Source: Kiritimatiellia bacterium | GTDB taxonomy: Bacteria; Verrucomicrobiota; Kiritimatiellia; JAAZAB01 | Length of the DNA stretch: 64,000 nt | Direction: 5' to 3' | NCBI GenBank assembly: GCA_028718125.1 | Contig: JAQUMN010000017.1 | Coordinates: 8,401-72,400 of the forward strand | In this document: positions 38,591-47,578 of the stretch, piece after piece | How positions within the stretch are numbered: position 1 is the stretch's first letter | Layout of the letters: each line of letters starts with the position of its first letter | Notes under the pieces: generated by a model | Seen by the model: only the letters and a program-made list of their open reading frames with translations | What the model was told of the DNA's origin: nothing | Database searches by the model: none | Made by a program: the position numbers and the translations under genes

Positions 38591-40293
38591 AAACCATCCT
38601 CCTTATCGGCGATCCCAATGTCGGCAAGAGCGTGCTTTTTTCCCGGCTGACGGGCGTGGACGTCATCGCTTCGAATTATCCCGGCACGACAGTGGACTAC
38701 TTGAAGGGGCGGATGAATCTTCACGGAGAATCCGTGGAAATTCTCGATGCCCCAGGCACGTATTCGTTGGCGGCGACCAACAAGGCGGAGGAAGTGGCCG
38801 TCTCCCTGCTGGGTCAAGCCGACGTGATCGTGAATGTCGTGGACGCCACGAGTCTCGAACGCTGCCTGCTCCTGACGGTCGAACTGCTGGAGAAGCGCAA
38901 GGCGGTCATCGTGGCGTTGAACATGTGGGATGAAGCCCAACACCTGGGCATCCATATTGATGTTCGCGAATTGGAAAATATCCTGCAGGTTCCTGTCGTT
39001 CCCACGGTGGCTATCACGGCTGAAGGCATCAAAGAGCTGGTCCTCCGCCTGGATGAAGCGCGGGTTTCCGAGCGGCCCAGGCTGAAAGACAATGACCAGG
39101 TCTGGGCGGAAGTCGGGCATATTGTCCGCAAGGTGCAGACCGTGGCCCACCGGCATCATAGCATCTGGGATCGGCTGACGGATGCCACCGTCAAATCCGG
39201 CACGGGCTGGCTGTCGGCCCTGGTGATTCTGTTCGCGCTCTTCTGGATGGTCCGGCTCGTGGGGGAGGGACTTATTCGATATGGCGCTGAGCCGTTATTC
39301 GAGTTGTGTCGCGCGCCGCTCATGGCGTTGAACGATTGGCTGGAACCCGGATTTCTCCACGATGTTTTGATCGGCAAGCTGATTGACGGTAAAGTGGATT
39401 TTATCCAGTCCATGGGCATTCTGACCACCGGCCTTTTTATGCCGTTTGGCATGGTGCTGCCCTATATCGCGGCCTTCTATTTTGCGCTGGCGCTGTTGGA
39501 GGACACGGGCTATCTGCCACGGCTTGCCACAGTCACCGACAACCTGTTTCATCGGTTGGGGATGCATGGCCACGGGATCATTCCCGTCTTGCTTGGATTA
39601 GGGTGCAAGGTTCCGGGAATATTGTCGGCGCGAGCGCTGGAGACGCGCAAACAGCGTTTTATTGCCGCGACGCTCGTGGGCATTACAATTCCCTGCACCG
39701 CGCAGACCGCCATGATCTTCGGGATTCTTGGACACTACGGCGCAAAATATGTCCTGATCGTTCTCGGAACGATGGCGGCCGTGTTCCTGCTCCTGGGATT
39801 GATTCTTAACCGGACATCGCATGAGGAATGCCCGGAACTGTTCCTCGATATTCCTCCCTATCGCATGCCAAGCCTGTTGGCCGTCTTAAAAAAAACCTGG
39901 ATGCGTATCCGTTGGTTCCTGTCGGAGGCGTTGCCGCTCCTGTTTCTGGGTGTCCTGGCCGCTTGCATTTTCGATGCGGCGGGCTTAACCGCAAAACTAG
40001 CCGATCATGCGGCGCCGTTCATGCAAGGCTGGTTTGGATTGCCCGGTGCGGCTGTGCCGGCTTTGTTGAGCGGTTTTCTGCGCAAGGAGATGGCCGTGGG
40101 GATGCTGGTTCCCCTGGCACTCACGCCCGCGCAACTGACCGTTGCCGTGACGGTTTTTGCCTTTTTCCCCTGTATCGCCGCCCTGGCCGTCATGCTCAAG
40201 GAGCTGGGTATAAAGGATATGATGAAAGCCTTGGCGGCCATGATTTTGACGTCGCTGATTGTGGGCGGCATCCTGCGGCTGATGCTCATCTAA
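38587..40293 (+). CDS. feoB: Ferrous iron transporter B (N-terminal G-protein domain plus membrane permease)
   Basis: G1 motif 'GDPNVGKS' and G4 'NMWD', followed by a polytopic membrane domain. Confidence 0.85.
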   Translation: MKTILLIGDPNVGKSVLFSRLTGVDVIASNYPGTTVDYLKGRMNLHGESVEILDAPGTYSLAATNKAEEVAVSLLGQADVIVNVVDATSLERCLLLTVELLEKRKAVIVALNMWDEAQHLGIHIDVRELENILQVPVVPTVAITAEGIKELVLRLDEARVSERPRLKDNDQVWAEVGHIVRKVQTVAHRHHSIWDRLTDATVKSGTGWLSALVILFALFWMVRLVGEGLIRYGAEPLFELCRAPLMALNDWLEPGFLHDVLIGKLIDGKVDFIQSMGILTTGLFMPFGMVLPYIAAFYFALALLEDTGYLPRLATVTDNLFHRLGMHGHGIIPVLLGLGCKVPGILSARALETRKQRFIAATLVGITIPCTAQTAMIFGILGHYGAKYVLIVLGTMAAVFLLLGLILNRTSHEECPELFLDIPPYRMPSLLAVLKKTWMRIRWFLSEALPLLFLGVLAACIFDAAGLTAKLADHAAPFMQGWFGLPGAAVPALLSGFLRKEMAVGMLVPLALTPAQLTVAVTVFAFFPCIAALAVMLKELGIKDMMKALAAMILTSLIVGGILRLMLI

Positions 40294-40300
40294 GCCAGCA

Positions 40301-41044
40301 TCAATGCGGGTGCAGGTGCCGCAGGCTGTGCGGGCGTTCCAGGCCGTGGGCCAGCATCAGGGCTTCGTCGTTCAGGAGTTCCACGGTCGGGCCTTCGGCC
40401 ATGACTTTCCCGTCGTCAAGTACGATCACGCGGGAACATAGCTCGACAACAAATTCCAAATCATGGGTGGCAATAATCTTGGTGTGCTTAAATGACGCGA
40501 GCAGTTCAATCAGGCGCCGACGGCCGCGTGGATCGAGATGCGCGGAAGGCTCGTCCATGACCAGGACATCGGGTGACATGGCCAGTACCGTGGCAATGGC
40601 CACGGCGCGTTTCTCGCCTGCCGAGAGCTTGTAAGGCGGGCGGTTTCTCAGATGAGACATACCCACCCGCTCCAGCGCCGAGACTACGCGATGTTCAATT
40701 TCATTCGGAGGCAGGCCGGCGTTCAAAGGGCCAAACGCAACATCCTCAAACACGGTTGGCATGAAAAGCTGGTCATCGGGGTCCTGGAAGACCATGCCGA
40801 CAGCGCGGCGCGCCGAAACAACCGTCGCGCGCGTCAGCGGCGCGTCGCCGATGCGCACTTCGCCGCGCGTGGGCGTCAAATAACCGTTCAAATGCAGGAG
40901 CAGCGTGGATTTGCCGGCCCCGTTGGCCCCGACCAGGGCCACCGATTCGCCATGCGTGATCCGGAAAGAAACGCCTTTCAGCACATCCGTGCCGTCGGGA
41001 TAGGTGAAATGCAAGTCGCGGACTTCAACAAGATGGTGGCTCAT
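40301..41044 (-). CDS. ECF-transporter ATPase component (NikO/CbiO)
   Basis: Walker A 'GANGAGKST', signature 'LSAGEKRAV' and Walker B 'VLVMDEP'. Start taken at 'MSHHLVEV', overlapping the upstream stop (ATGA) per the ORF track. Confidence 0.8.
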   Translation of the reverse strand: MSHHLVEVRDLHFTYPDGTDVLKGVSFRITHGESVALVGANGAGKSTLLLHLNGYLTPTRGEVRIGDAPLTRATVVSARRAVGMVFQDPDDQLFMPTVFEDVAFGPLNAGLPPNEIEHRVVSALERVGMSHLRNRPPYKLSAGEKRAVAIATVLAMSPDVLVMDEPSAHLDPRGRRRLIELLASFKHTKIIATHDLEFVVELCSRVIVLDDGKVMAEGPTVELLNDEALMLAHGLERPHSLRHLHPH

Positions 41045-41877
41045 GAACCGCCTCCTGCCACCATACGTCCCAAGGCATTGGCGAGATTCCATATGCGAGC
41101 CACGGCAAAAAACGCCGTCCAACCCCCTATAAATGCCCAATCGGTCCACCGAAAGGAAGTCTGGCACAAAACCCGGATCTCGCCATTTCCGCCGCTGGCG
41201 GATCCGCCTACGGTGGAAAAACCGCGGGATACCATAGCGCGATAAACGCGATCCGCGCGATCCATGGAGCGCAGGAAAAGATGCCCCACGAGCGAGCCAT
41301 ACACGCGCAAGCGCAAAGACCGCGGTCCGGCGGAACGGAGTTCCATGCTGCGCATCATCCGGGCGCCTTCGTCGGCGACAACGAACAGGTAGCGGTAGAG
41401 GAACAGCAGTTGGACCACAAACACCTGCGGCACGCACATCCGTTCCAAACCCGCACCAAGCCGGTGAATGCCGGTGCAGGCTATCAGCGCCAGGGCCGCG
41501 CTGACCGTCAAAAAGAAGCGGAGCATGATCGAGGCGAACGAAAGCCACCCGCCCGAAATGCTCCATGCCCCAACGCTGGCGATCGTCTGGCGGTCCAGCA
41601 AAGGATTGAACATGCCTATGACCAATGCAAACGGCACGGCGATTAGAATTTTTCGAAAAATATATCCGAACGGAATCCGTCCCAATGCAAGCAATGTGAA
41701 CGGATAGAGAAAAAAAGGCATTAGGGCGGACACTTCATAACGCGGGAACGACATGACGACCACTATGAAAATCAGGGTTGTGATGACCTTGGCCCGAGCA
41801 TCGAGACGATGCACGGGCGTGTCCAGTCGCCCCAGTTCATCCATGCGGCCAATTTCAATCCATTGTCCTATTCCCAT
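41041..41877 (-). CDS. ECF-transporter transmembrane T component (NikQ/CbiQ)
   Basis: 278 aa, CbiQ-like membrane protein. Confidence 0.75.
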   Translation of the reverse strand: MGIGQWIEIGRMDELGRLDTPVHRLDARAKVITTLIFIVVVMSFPRYEVSALMPFFLYPFTLLALGRIPFGYIFRKILIAVPFALVIGMFNPLLDRQTIASVGAWSISGGWLSFASIMLRFFLTVSAALALIACTGIHRLGAGLERMCVPQVFVVQLLFLYRYLFVVADEGARMMRSMELRSAGPRSLRLRVYGSLVGHLFLRSMDRADRVYRAMVSRGFSTVGGSASGGNGEIRVLCQTSFRWTDWAFIGGWTAFFAVARIWNLANALGRMVAGGGS

Positions 41878-41886
41878 CCGGTTAAT

Positions 41887-42930
41887 TTATACTCCCGCGT
41901 GCCGCGCTTTCAAGGCGAAACCGATCAGGCCGGCCAAGCCCAGCGTGATCAGGCCGCCCGCAATGCCTGATAAGGACGTTCCGGCGCTGATGGCTGGCCA
42001 TGGTTCAGGCTCAGCCGCGGTTTTTTCCGCAGGCGCGGCTTCGGGTTCCGTGGATTTAAAACCATAGTCCGGCAGGAAGGCGGTTTTTTCCTGTATCCGG
42101 CCTAATCCCTTGTGCAAGTTGTCTTCCGTGCCGGAGACCTCTTCTTTACCGGAGACCTTGACGATGGACCATTCCAATCCGTCAGGGTGGGTCGAGGCAA
42201 ACCAGCTTGCGGCCCCGCCGACAATCACGGTGGCGATCAATAGACCGATCAAGACCGGCCGCAGGCTATTTTGCGATTCCTCGTCCGCTCGTGCCGCAAA
42301 CAGGGCTTCCGGCCGCGCTCGGGCTACAAATGCAACCACTGCGGCCGTTGCCAGGCCTTCCACTATGCCGATGGCCAGATGAATGGGCTGCATCAGCAGA
42401 ACAAAGGCGCCAAACGGCAGTTCCGAGATGCCGGAGGCCTTGGTCTCCAGCACGACGCCGAATGCGCCCAATTGCAGTCCCACGACAGCGGCGACAATTG
42501 CGGCGATCCATGCGCGCAGGGTGCCGTGCTCATCCCGGGCAATCGCACGGTAAATGAACGGATAGGCGATAAACGCGGGAAAAAAACCAAGATTGAAAAT
42601 ATTGCACCCCAGCGCCAGCAGGCCGCCATCGGCGAAGAAAAAAGCCTGCACCACCAGGACCGACGAGATCGCTAAAAAGGCGGCGTAGGGTCCTAACAGA
42701 ATCGTCAGAATCAGGCCGCCTCCCAGGTGTCCGCTCGAGCCCGTGCCGGGGATCGAAAAATTGATCATCATGGCCGCAAAGATAAACGCGCCAAGCACGC
42801 CCATCATCGGGACCAATTTATCGTTCATGGTTTGCTTGACTTTGCGCGCGCAATACGCGATCAGTCCGGCGGTTACAATCCACATCGTCCCGCCAACGGC
42901 GGGGTTAATCAAAGCATCGGCCATATGCAT
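41887..42930 (-). CDS. Nickel/cobalt ECF transporter substrate-capture component, CbiM/NikM fused to CbiN/NikN-like C-terminus
   Basis: N-terminus 'MHMADALINP' is characteristic of CbiM/NikM. The C-terminal extension carries the 'PDGLEW' NikN/L-like motif and a final TM helix. Confidence 0.75.
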   Translation of the reverse strand: MHMADALINPAVGGTMWIVTAGLIAYCARKVKQTMNDKLVPMMGVLGAFIFAAMMINFSIPGTGSSGHLGGGLILTILLGPYAAFLAISSVLVVQAFFFADGGLLALGCNIFNLGFFPAFIAYPFIYRAIARDEHGTLRAWIAAIVAAVVGLQLGAFGVVLETKASGISELPFGAFVLLMQPIHLAIGIVEGLATAAVVAFVARARPEALFAARADEESQNSLRPVLIGLLIATVIVGGAASWFASTHPDGLEWSIVKVSGKEEVSGTEDNLHKGLGRIQEKTAFLPDYGFKSTEPEAAPAEKTAAEPEPWPAISAGTSLSGIAGGLITLGLAGLIGFALKARHAGV

Positions 42931-42960
42931 GTTACTTCTCCTATATTTGTTTGATTTCTA

Positions 42961-43764
42961 CTACTTACTTTCTTCCTGTGCAAACCCGAATGTCCATGTC
43001 AAGCCGGCCGTTGCCGTGAAATCCGGCGCGTCACCGGCAATGCGCGAGCCGGCGGCGATGTCGGCGACCAGGCTGTCGAGAATGCTGTAGCGCAAACCGG
43101 TGTTGAACATGACGACGGTATTTACCCCGCGGCGCAACTCGTCTTCCGCATATACTTCACCCACCCACTGCAGGGGATCAACGATCTTGTAGTCGAACGC
43201 TAATCCGTAGTGCAGAATATCGCCTGCATCCTCATCCGCCGGTTCGCCGATCCAGGAATAACCGACGTTGATATGCCCGCCCATCTTCTCGCAAAAGGAT
43301 TTTGAAGCGATCCAGGTGAGATCGTAATCCGTTTTGCCGCTTCCCAATCCCTTGTCTTTGTCGGACGTGGGGAACTTGACCGCGGGAACTATGGCTTGGC
43401 GGGGCAACCACGTCGTTTCAACCCAAAACTGCCATTTTACGTTGACGACCAAATCGCCGATACCGTTCTCGGAAGAGGTGCATTCCCCGCCGCTGTTTTC
43501 GTCAATTTCGGTCCGTTCCTCGAATTGTCCGCCGAACCCGGCGCCGAGTTCCACAGAGGGGATGATGCCGCATCCCACCGCGAAGGGGACATCCCAGTGT
43601 TTGCACCCGGAATCTTTCTCATACCAGCCGCCGCCTTCTATTTTGAAATCCTTGAACTCCAGCGGATCGGCGTCGTCGATGATCAACGGCCGGGCGGCAA
43701 ATGCGCCGCTTGCCGCCAGGACTATGGCGGTAACCAAAACGCCGACTATTTTTCTCTCGCTCAT
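42961..43764 (-). CDS. Outer-membrane beta-barrel protein (MetA-pathway/'transporter' PF13557-like) heading the nik operon
   Basis: Signal peptide 'MSERKIVGVLVTAIVLAASGAFA', alternating amphipathic strands and a C-terminal '...TWTF' aromatic terminus. Confidence 0.6.
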   Translation of the reverse strand: MSERKIVGVLVTAIVLAASGAFAARPLIIDDADPLEFKDFKIEGGGWYEKDSGCKHWDVPFAVGCGIIPSVELGAGFGGQFEERTEIDENSGGECTSSENGIGDLVVNVKWQFWVETTWLPRQAIVPAVKFPTSDKDKGLGSGKTDYDLTWIASKSFCEKMGGHINVGYSWIGEPADEDAGDILHYGLAFDYKIVDPLQWVGEVYAEDELRRGVNTVVMFNTGLRYSILDSLVADIAAGSRIAGDAPDFTATAGLTWTFGFAQEESK

Positions 43765-43844
43765 GTTTCGCGCTCCTTTCGTGTTTTTGCGTCGGCAAAT
43801 CCTGGGTTGCGCGTTACGGTGTCCGGCCGACACTTACGGCGTCG

Positions 43845-43869
43845 TAATACGATTTGTAAAAACGTGTTA
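43845..43869. promoter_or_regulatory. Putative NikR operator 1 (TAATAC-N13-GTGTTA)
   Basis: A 6-N13-6 palindrome with one mismatch, lying inside the first copy of a ~70-bp direct repeat upstream of the OMP-nikMNQO operon. Confidence 0.4.
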
Positions 43870-43987
43870 TCAATAGACCGAAAAAAGCAGCCGACTTTAA
43901 TCGCGCATGACTTTAACTCCTTTCCCCATTGTTGAGGCGGCAACCGTTGTTTGGTCATGGTGGCGCTTGGCCACCCATACGGCGCCA

Positions 43988-44012
43988 TAATACGATTTAT
44001 AAATAAGTATTA
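43988..44012. promoter_or_regulatory. Putative NikR operator 2 (TAATAC-N13-GTATTA, perfect)
   Basis: A perfect 6-bp inverted repeat with a 13-nt AT-rich spacer, inside the second copy of the direct repeat and just downstream of the nikR stop. Confidence 0.45.
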
Positions 44013-44050
44013 CCGATAAACTAAAAAAACACCACCAACCGAATAACATA

Positions 44051-44464
44051 TTATTTCGATGCCTGGCCGGAGGCGGTGATTGTCAGGCCGCCATGCTTGA
44101 CGCCCCGCAGGGCGATCAGGCGGTCGGCCAGAACCTTTACCCGCGATGCGGGTCCGCGGACCATGATGACCTCCAGGCAGTTATCGTGGTCCAGGTGGAC
44201 GTGAGTTGTGCTGAGGATCAGGTCGTGGTCCTCGTGCTGCAAATCGGTCAAATGATCCTGCAATTTGTGTTGTTGATGTTCATAGGCCAGGGAGATCACG
44301 CCGACCACATTACCTTGCGCGCTGCGCCACTGTTCGTCCACCAGGTTCTTGCGGATCAGGTCGCGCACGGCTTCCGAACGGTTCTGATACTCATGCCGGC
44401 TGATAAACTGGTCGAAGGCGGCCAGCAGATCCTGCTCCAAGGCGGTGGAAAATCGGGTGATCAT
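44051..44464 (-). CDS. nikR: Nickel-responsive transcriptional regulator NikR
   Basis: N-terminal ribbon-helix-helix domain. The C-terminal ACT-like domain carries His/Cys nickel ligands ('HEHQQHKLQDH...THVHLDHDNCLEV'). Confidence 0.85.
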   Translation of the reverse strand: MITRFSTALEQDLLAAFDQFISRHEYQNRSEAVRDLIRKNLVDEQWRSAQGNVVGVISLAYEHQQHKLQDHLTDLQHEDHDLILSTTHVHLDHDNCLEVIMVRGPASRVKVLADRLIALRGVKHGGLTITASGQASK

Positions 44465-44536
44465 TGTAACACTATTGTTCCTTTCGTATTAATCTACGAC
44501 CCGGACACCGCCATGTCAAATAAAAAAACAAGAAAA

Positions 44537-44947
44537 TTACGGAGCCGGGTCCGGCGGGTTTTTAGGCGCGAACTGCTTGCAGGTATCTGTGGCTTCCACC
44601 TCCCGGTTGGATCGGCTACAACGCTGGAGGAAGGGGTTGACCACGTAATGGGCGCAATGGCGGCACAGCCGGCTGACCGTTTCGAGCACCTCCCGCTCGT
44701 CAAATACCTTGGGCGGCGGCGGCAGGTCCTGGCGCCCGAAGCCCGGCACAACTTTTTTTGCCTTGAACGAAACCGCGGCTTCGTCGGGAAATACATGGCC
44801 GCAGGCGGTGCAGGACAATGTTTCGCCCGCGCGCTTGAATCCCTCGTATACGGGTTCGCGTCTTAAAAGCGTGTCCTTCCCGCAGGACGAACACATGATG
44901 GCAACCGGCCGCGAACCCGTTTTGCGATCCATTTTTTCCATGGCCAT
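44537..44947 (-). CDS. Small Cys-rich zinc-ribbon protein (CxxC x2 plus CxHC...C), unknown function
   Basis: 136 aa. 'CSSCG...CTACGH' and 'CRHCAHYVVNPFLQRC' are present. It runs co-directionally 72 nt upstream of nikR. Confidence 0.45.
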   Translation of the reverse strand: MAMEKMDRKTGSRPVAIMCSSCGKDTLLRREPVYEGFKRAGETLSCTACGHVFPDEAAVSFKAKKVVPGFGRQDLPPPPKVFDEREVLETVSRLCRHCAHYVVNPFLQRCSRSNREVEATDTCKQFAPKNPPDPAP

Positions 44948-45153
44948 CAGTCTGGGAAAAAAGCGTTGTGAATGTCAAGAATGGAAATGCGCCGCGTTGG
45001 AAATGCGCCGCGGAGAAGAGTGATCCGGCTGTCGTTTTGTGCTTGCGATGGACGCCGGCCATGTTATGTTCTTTCATTTCTATTTAAATTACCGGTTTGC
45101 CTGGGTGAAGAGCTTCGGCAAAGATGGAATAGTATAAAAGAGGAACTGCTTGT

Positions 45154-46335
45154 ATGACAAAAGACGCCGTTCAGGGCAAATCGATTACATTTTCAATCGA
45201 GAAGAAGGCATGCGTGGTGCCGGAGCATCCGATCATTCCGTTCATTGAAGGCGACGGCACGGGGCCGGACATCTGGCGGGCTGCTGTGCGTGTGTTGGAT
45301 GGAGCCGTCGCCAAAGCCTACGGCGGGCGGCGGCAGATCTGCTGGCGGGAATTGCTGGCGGGCGAAAAAGCGTTCAAACAGACCGGCAACTGGCTGCCGG
45401 ACGAAACGGTTGCCGCCTTCAAGCAATATCTGGTCGGCATCAAGGGGCCGCTCACCACCCCGATCGGCGGCGGGCATCGCAGTTTAAACGTCGCCTTGCG
45501 CCGGCTGCTCGATCTTTACGTTTGCCTGCGGCCGGTGCGCTGGTTCGAGGGCGTCCCGAGCCCTGTCAAGGAACCCGGCAAGGTGGATATGGTCGTGTTC
45601 CGCGAAAACACGGAAGACGTTTATGCCGGCTTGGAAGTCAGTGCCGGTAGCCAGCAAGCTCAAAAACTCATTGGCTTCCTGAAAACAGAATTCGGCTGGA
45701 ACATTCGTCCGGATTCGGGCATCGGCGTCAAGCCCATCAGCGAGACCTGCAGCAAACGCCTGGTCCGGGCCGCCATCGAGTATGCCATCCAAAACAAGCG
45801 CCGAAGTGTGACGCTCGTCCACAAGGGCAATATCCAGAAATTTACGGAGGGCGCCTTCCTGGCCTGGGGCTATGAAGTGGCCAAAGAATATAGCGGCCGC
45901 ATTGCGGTCAAAGACGCTATAGCGGACATCTTCTTCCAGCAGGCCCTGACCCGGCCCGGGGAATTCGATGTTATCGCCACCATGAATCTGAACGGGGACT
46001 ACATGTCCGATGCGCTGGCGGCGCAAGTCGGCGGCATTGGCATTGCCCCGGGCGGCAACATCAACTATCAGACCGGGCACGCTATTTTCGAGGCTACGCA
46101 CGGTACGGCGCCTAAGTATGCCGGCCAGGACAAGGTCAACCCCGGCTCCGTAATCCTCTCCGGCGAAATGATGTTCCGCTACATGGGCTGGGCGGAAGCG
46201 GCCGACCTGATTATCCGCGGCCTCGGCGAGGCCATCCGGCGCCGGAAAGTGACCTACGATTTCCACCGGCTGATGGACCATGCGACGCTGTTAAAATGCT
46301 CGGAATTTGCCGACGAAATCATAACCCACATGTAA
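45154..46335 (+). CDS. icd: Isocitrate dehydrogenase (NADP-type, homodimeric IDH/IMDH family)
   Basis: '[14 protein letters not shown]', '[19 protein letters not shown]' and '[25 protein letters not shown]' motifs. Confidence 0.85.
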   Translation: MTKDAVQGKSITFSIEKKACVVPEHPIIPFIEGDGTGPDIWRAAVRVLDGAVAKAYGGRRQICWRELLAGEKAFKQTGNWLPDETVAAFKQYLVGIKGPLTTPIGGGHRSLNVALRRLLDLYVCLRPVRWFEGVPSPVKEPGKVDMVVFRENTEDVYAGLEVSAGSQQAQKLIGFLKTEFGWNIRPDSGIGVKPISETCSKRLVRAAIEYAIQNKRRSVTLVHKGNIQKFTEGAFLAWGYEVAKEYSGRIAVKDAIADIFFQQALTRPGEFDVIATMNLNGDYMSDALAAQVGGIGIAPGGNINYQTGHAIFEATHGTAPKYAGQDKVNPGSVILSGEMMFRYMGWAEAADLIIRGLGEAIRRRKVTYDFHRLMDHATLLKCSEFADEIITHM

Positions 46336-46348
46336 AATCCGCGGCCCA

Positions 46349-47578
46349 ATGCAACAAATCACCGAACTGACATTTTTAACGCAATTGGCCAAGCGGTCTA
46401 AACTGCCGACGCCGGAATATGCCGTCACGCCTTTGGACCGCAAAGCCCTGAAGGGCCTGCTGGATACATGGCAGAAAGCCGTGGTCAAGCCGGATATCCT
46501 GGCCGGCAAGAAAGGGAAAGCCGGCCTGGTCAAGGTTGTGGACGATCCCGCGCGCGCCCTGCAGGAAATCAACCGCCTGCTCAACGCCGATTTCGGCGGC
46601 AAAATACCGCGCACGGTGTATCTGACGCGCTATATTCCCGCCGAGTTGGAAATCTACACGGCCATCACGTATAACTCCAGTTTCCTGGGGCCGTCGCTGA
46701 CCCTTTCGCTGAAGGGCGGCATGGACATCGAAACCGTGGAAGACACATACAAGCGCACGATCCCGGTGGACGTCTACAAGGGACTGGATGCCTACCAGGC
46801 AAGCCAGATCTTATCGGATTTGCAATGCCCCAAGAAAATTGTCAGCGCATTTTCCCGCTGCCTGGTAAATTTCTGGGATTTCTTCATTACCAGCGGCATG
46901 CGGATGTGCGAAATCAATCCATGGCGGGTGACGCCGGCCGGGGAATTTTATGTCTGCGATTTCAAGGCCGTCCCGGACGAGTCCAATTTCAAAGCCGGGA
47001 ACCTGGCGATCACGTTCCCGGAATATCCGGAGACCATTACGCCGTTCGAGGAGGAAATGAAGGAACTGGCCGCCTCCTCTTACCAGGGCCAGCTGCATAT
47101 ATCCGACCTGCATGGCGACCTGATCCTGCCGATTCTGTTTGGCGGCGGCGCCTCGACGATCATCACCGAAACGCTCTGCACCTGCGGCGGCAGTCCGATC
47201 TTTCTTTCCGATTTCGGCGGTAATCCGACCTACGAGCGCATGCGCCAGGCCACCGCCGTGTGTTTTAAACATCATCTGAAGAAGGCGGCGCTGCTGCTCA
47301 TTCTGGGCGGGAAAGCCAATAATACGCTGATCGACGTGACTTTTCAGGCGATCGGTGATGCCCTGACCCATTACGTGGAAGAGCACGGCCCCGTCTTTCT
47401 GCCGGTCGTGATCGGCCGCGGCGGGCCGCGCCTGGCCAAAGGCCTGATGATCATGAAAGAAATCATGGAGACCTTGAAACTGCCGTATGTCATCTTCGGT
47501 TACGATACGCCGGTGACCCTGGTGGCCGAATATGCCGCCCGCCTGGCCAAGGCGTTTGCGCCGATGAGGAAACCATGA
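46349..47578 (+). CDS. aclB: ATP-citrate lyase small subunit (SucC-like ATP-grasp; AclB-type) or citryl-CoA synthetase large subunit
   Basis: 409 aa with a succinyl-CoA synthetase beta-like ATP-grasp. Its stop overlaps the next gene's start. Confidence 0.65.
   Translation: MQQITELTFLTQLAKRSKLPTPEYAVTPLDRKALKGLLDTWQKAVVKPDILAGKKGKAGLVKVVDDPARALQEINRLLNADFGGKIPRTVYLTRYIPAELEIYTAITYNSSFLGPSLTLSLKGGMDIETVEDTYKRTIPVDVYKGLDAYQASQILSDLQCPKKIVSAFSRCLVNFWDFFITSGMRMCEINPWRVTPAGEFYVCDFKAVPDESNFKAGNLAITFPEYPETITPFEEEMKELAASSYQGQLHISDLHGDLILPILFGGGASTIITETLCTCGGSPIFLSDFGGNPTYERMRQATAVCFKHHLKKAALLLILGGKANNTLIDVTFQAIGDALTHYVEEHGPVFLPVVIGRGGPRLAKGLMIMKEIMETLKLPYVIFGYDTPVTLVAEYAARLAKAFAPMRKP

Noticed and set aside
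40981-41050. Apparent 1-nt inconsistency between my manual base counting and the ORF track at the nikQ/nikO junction
   Set aside because: The ORF-track translation (…GGGS* overlapping MSHH…) is internally consistent with an ATGA overlap. I attribute the discrepancy to my own counting of the printed lines rather than a frameshift, and used the track coordinates.
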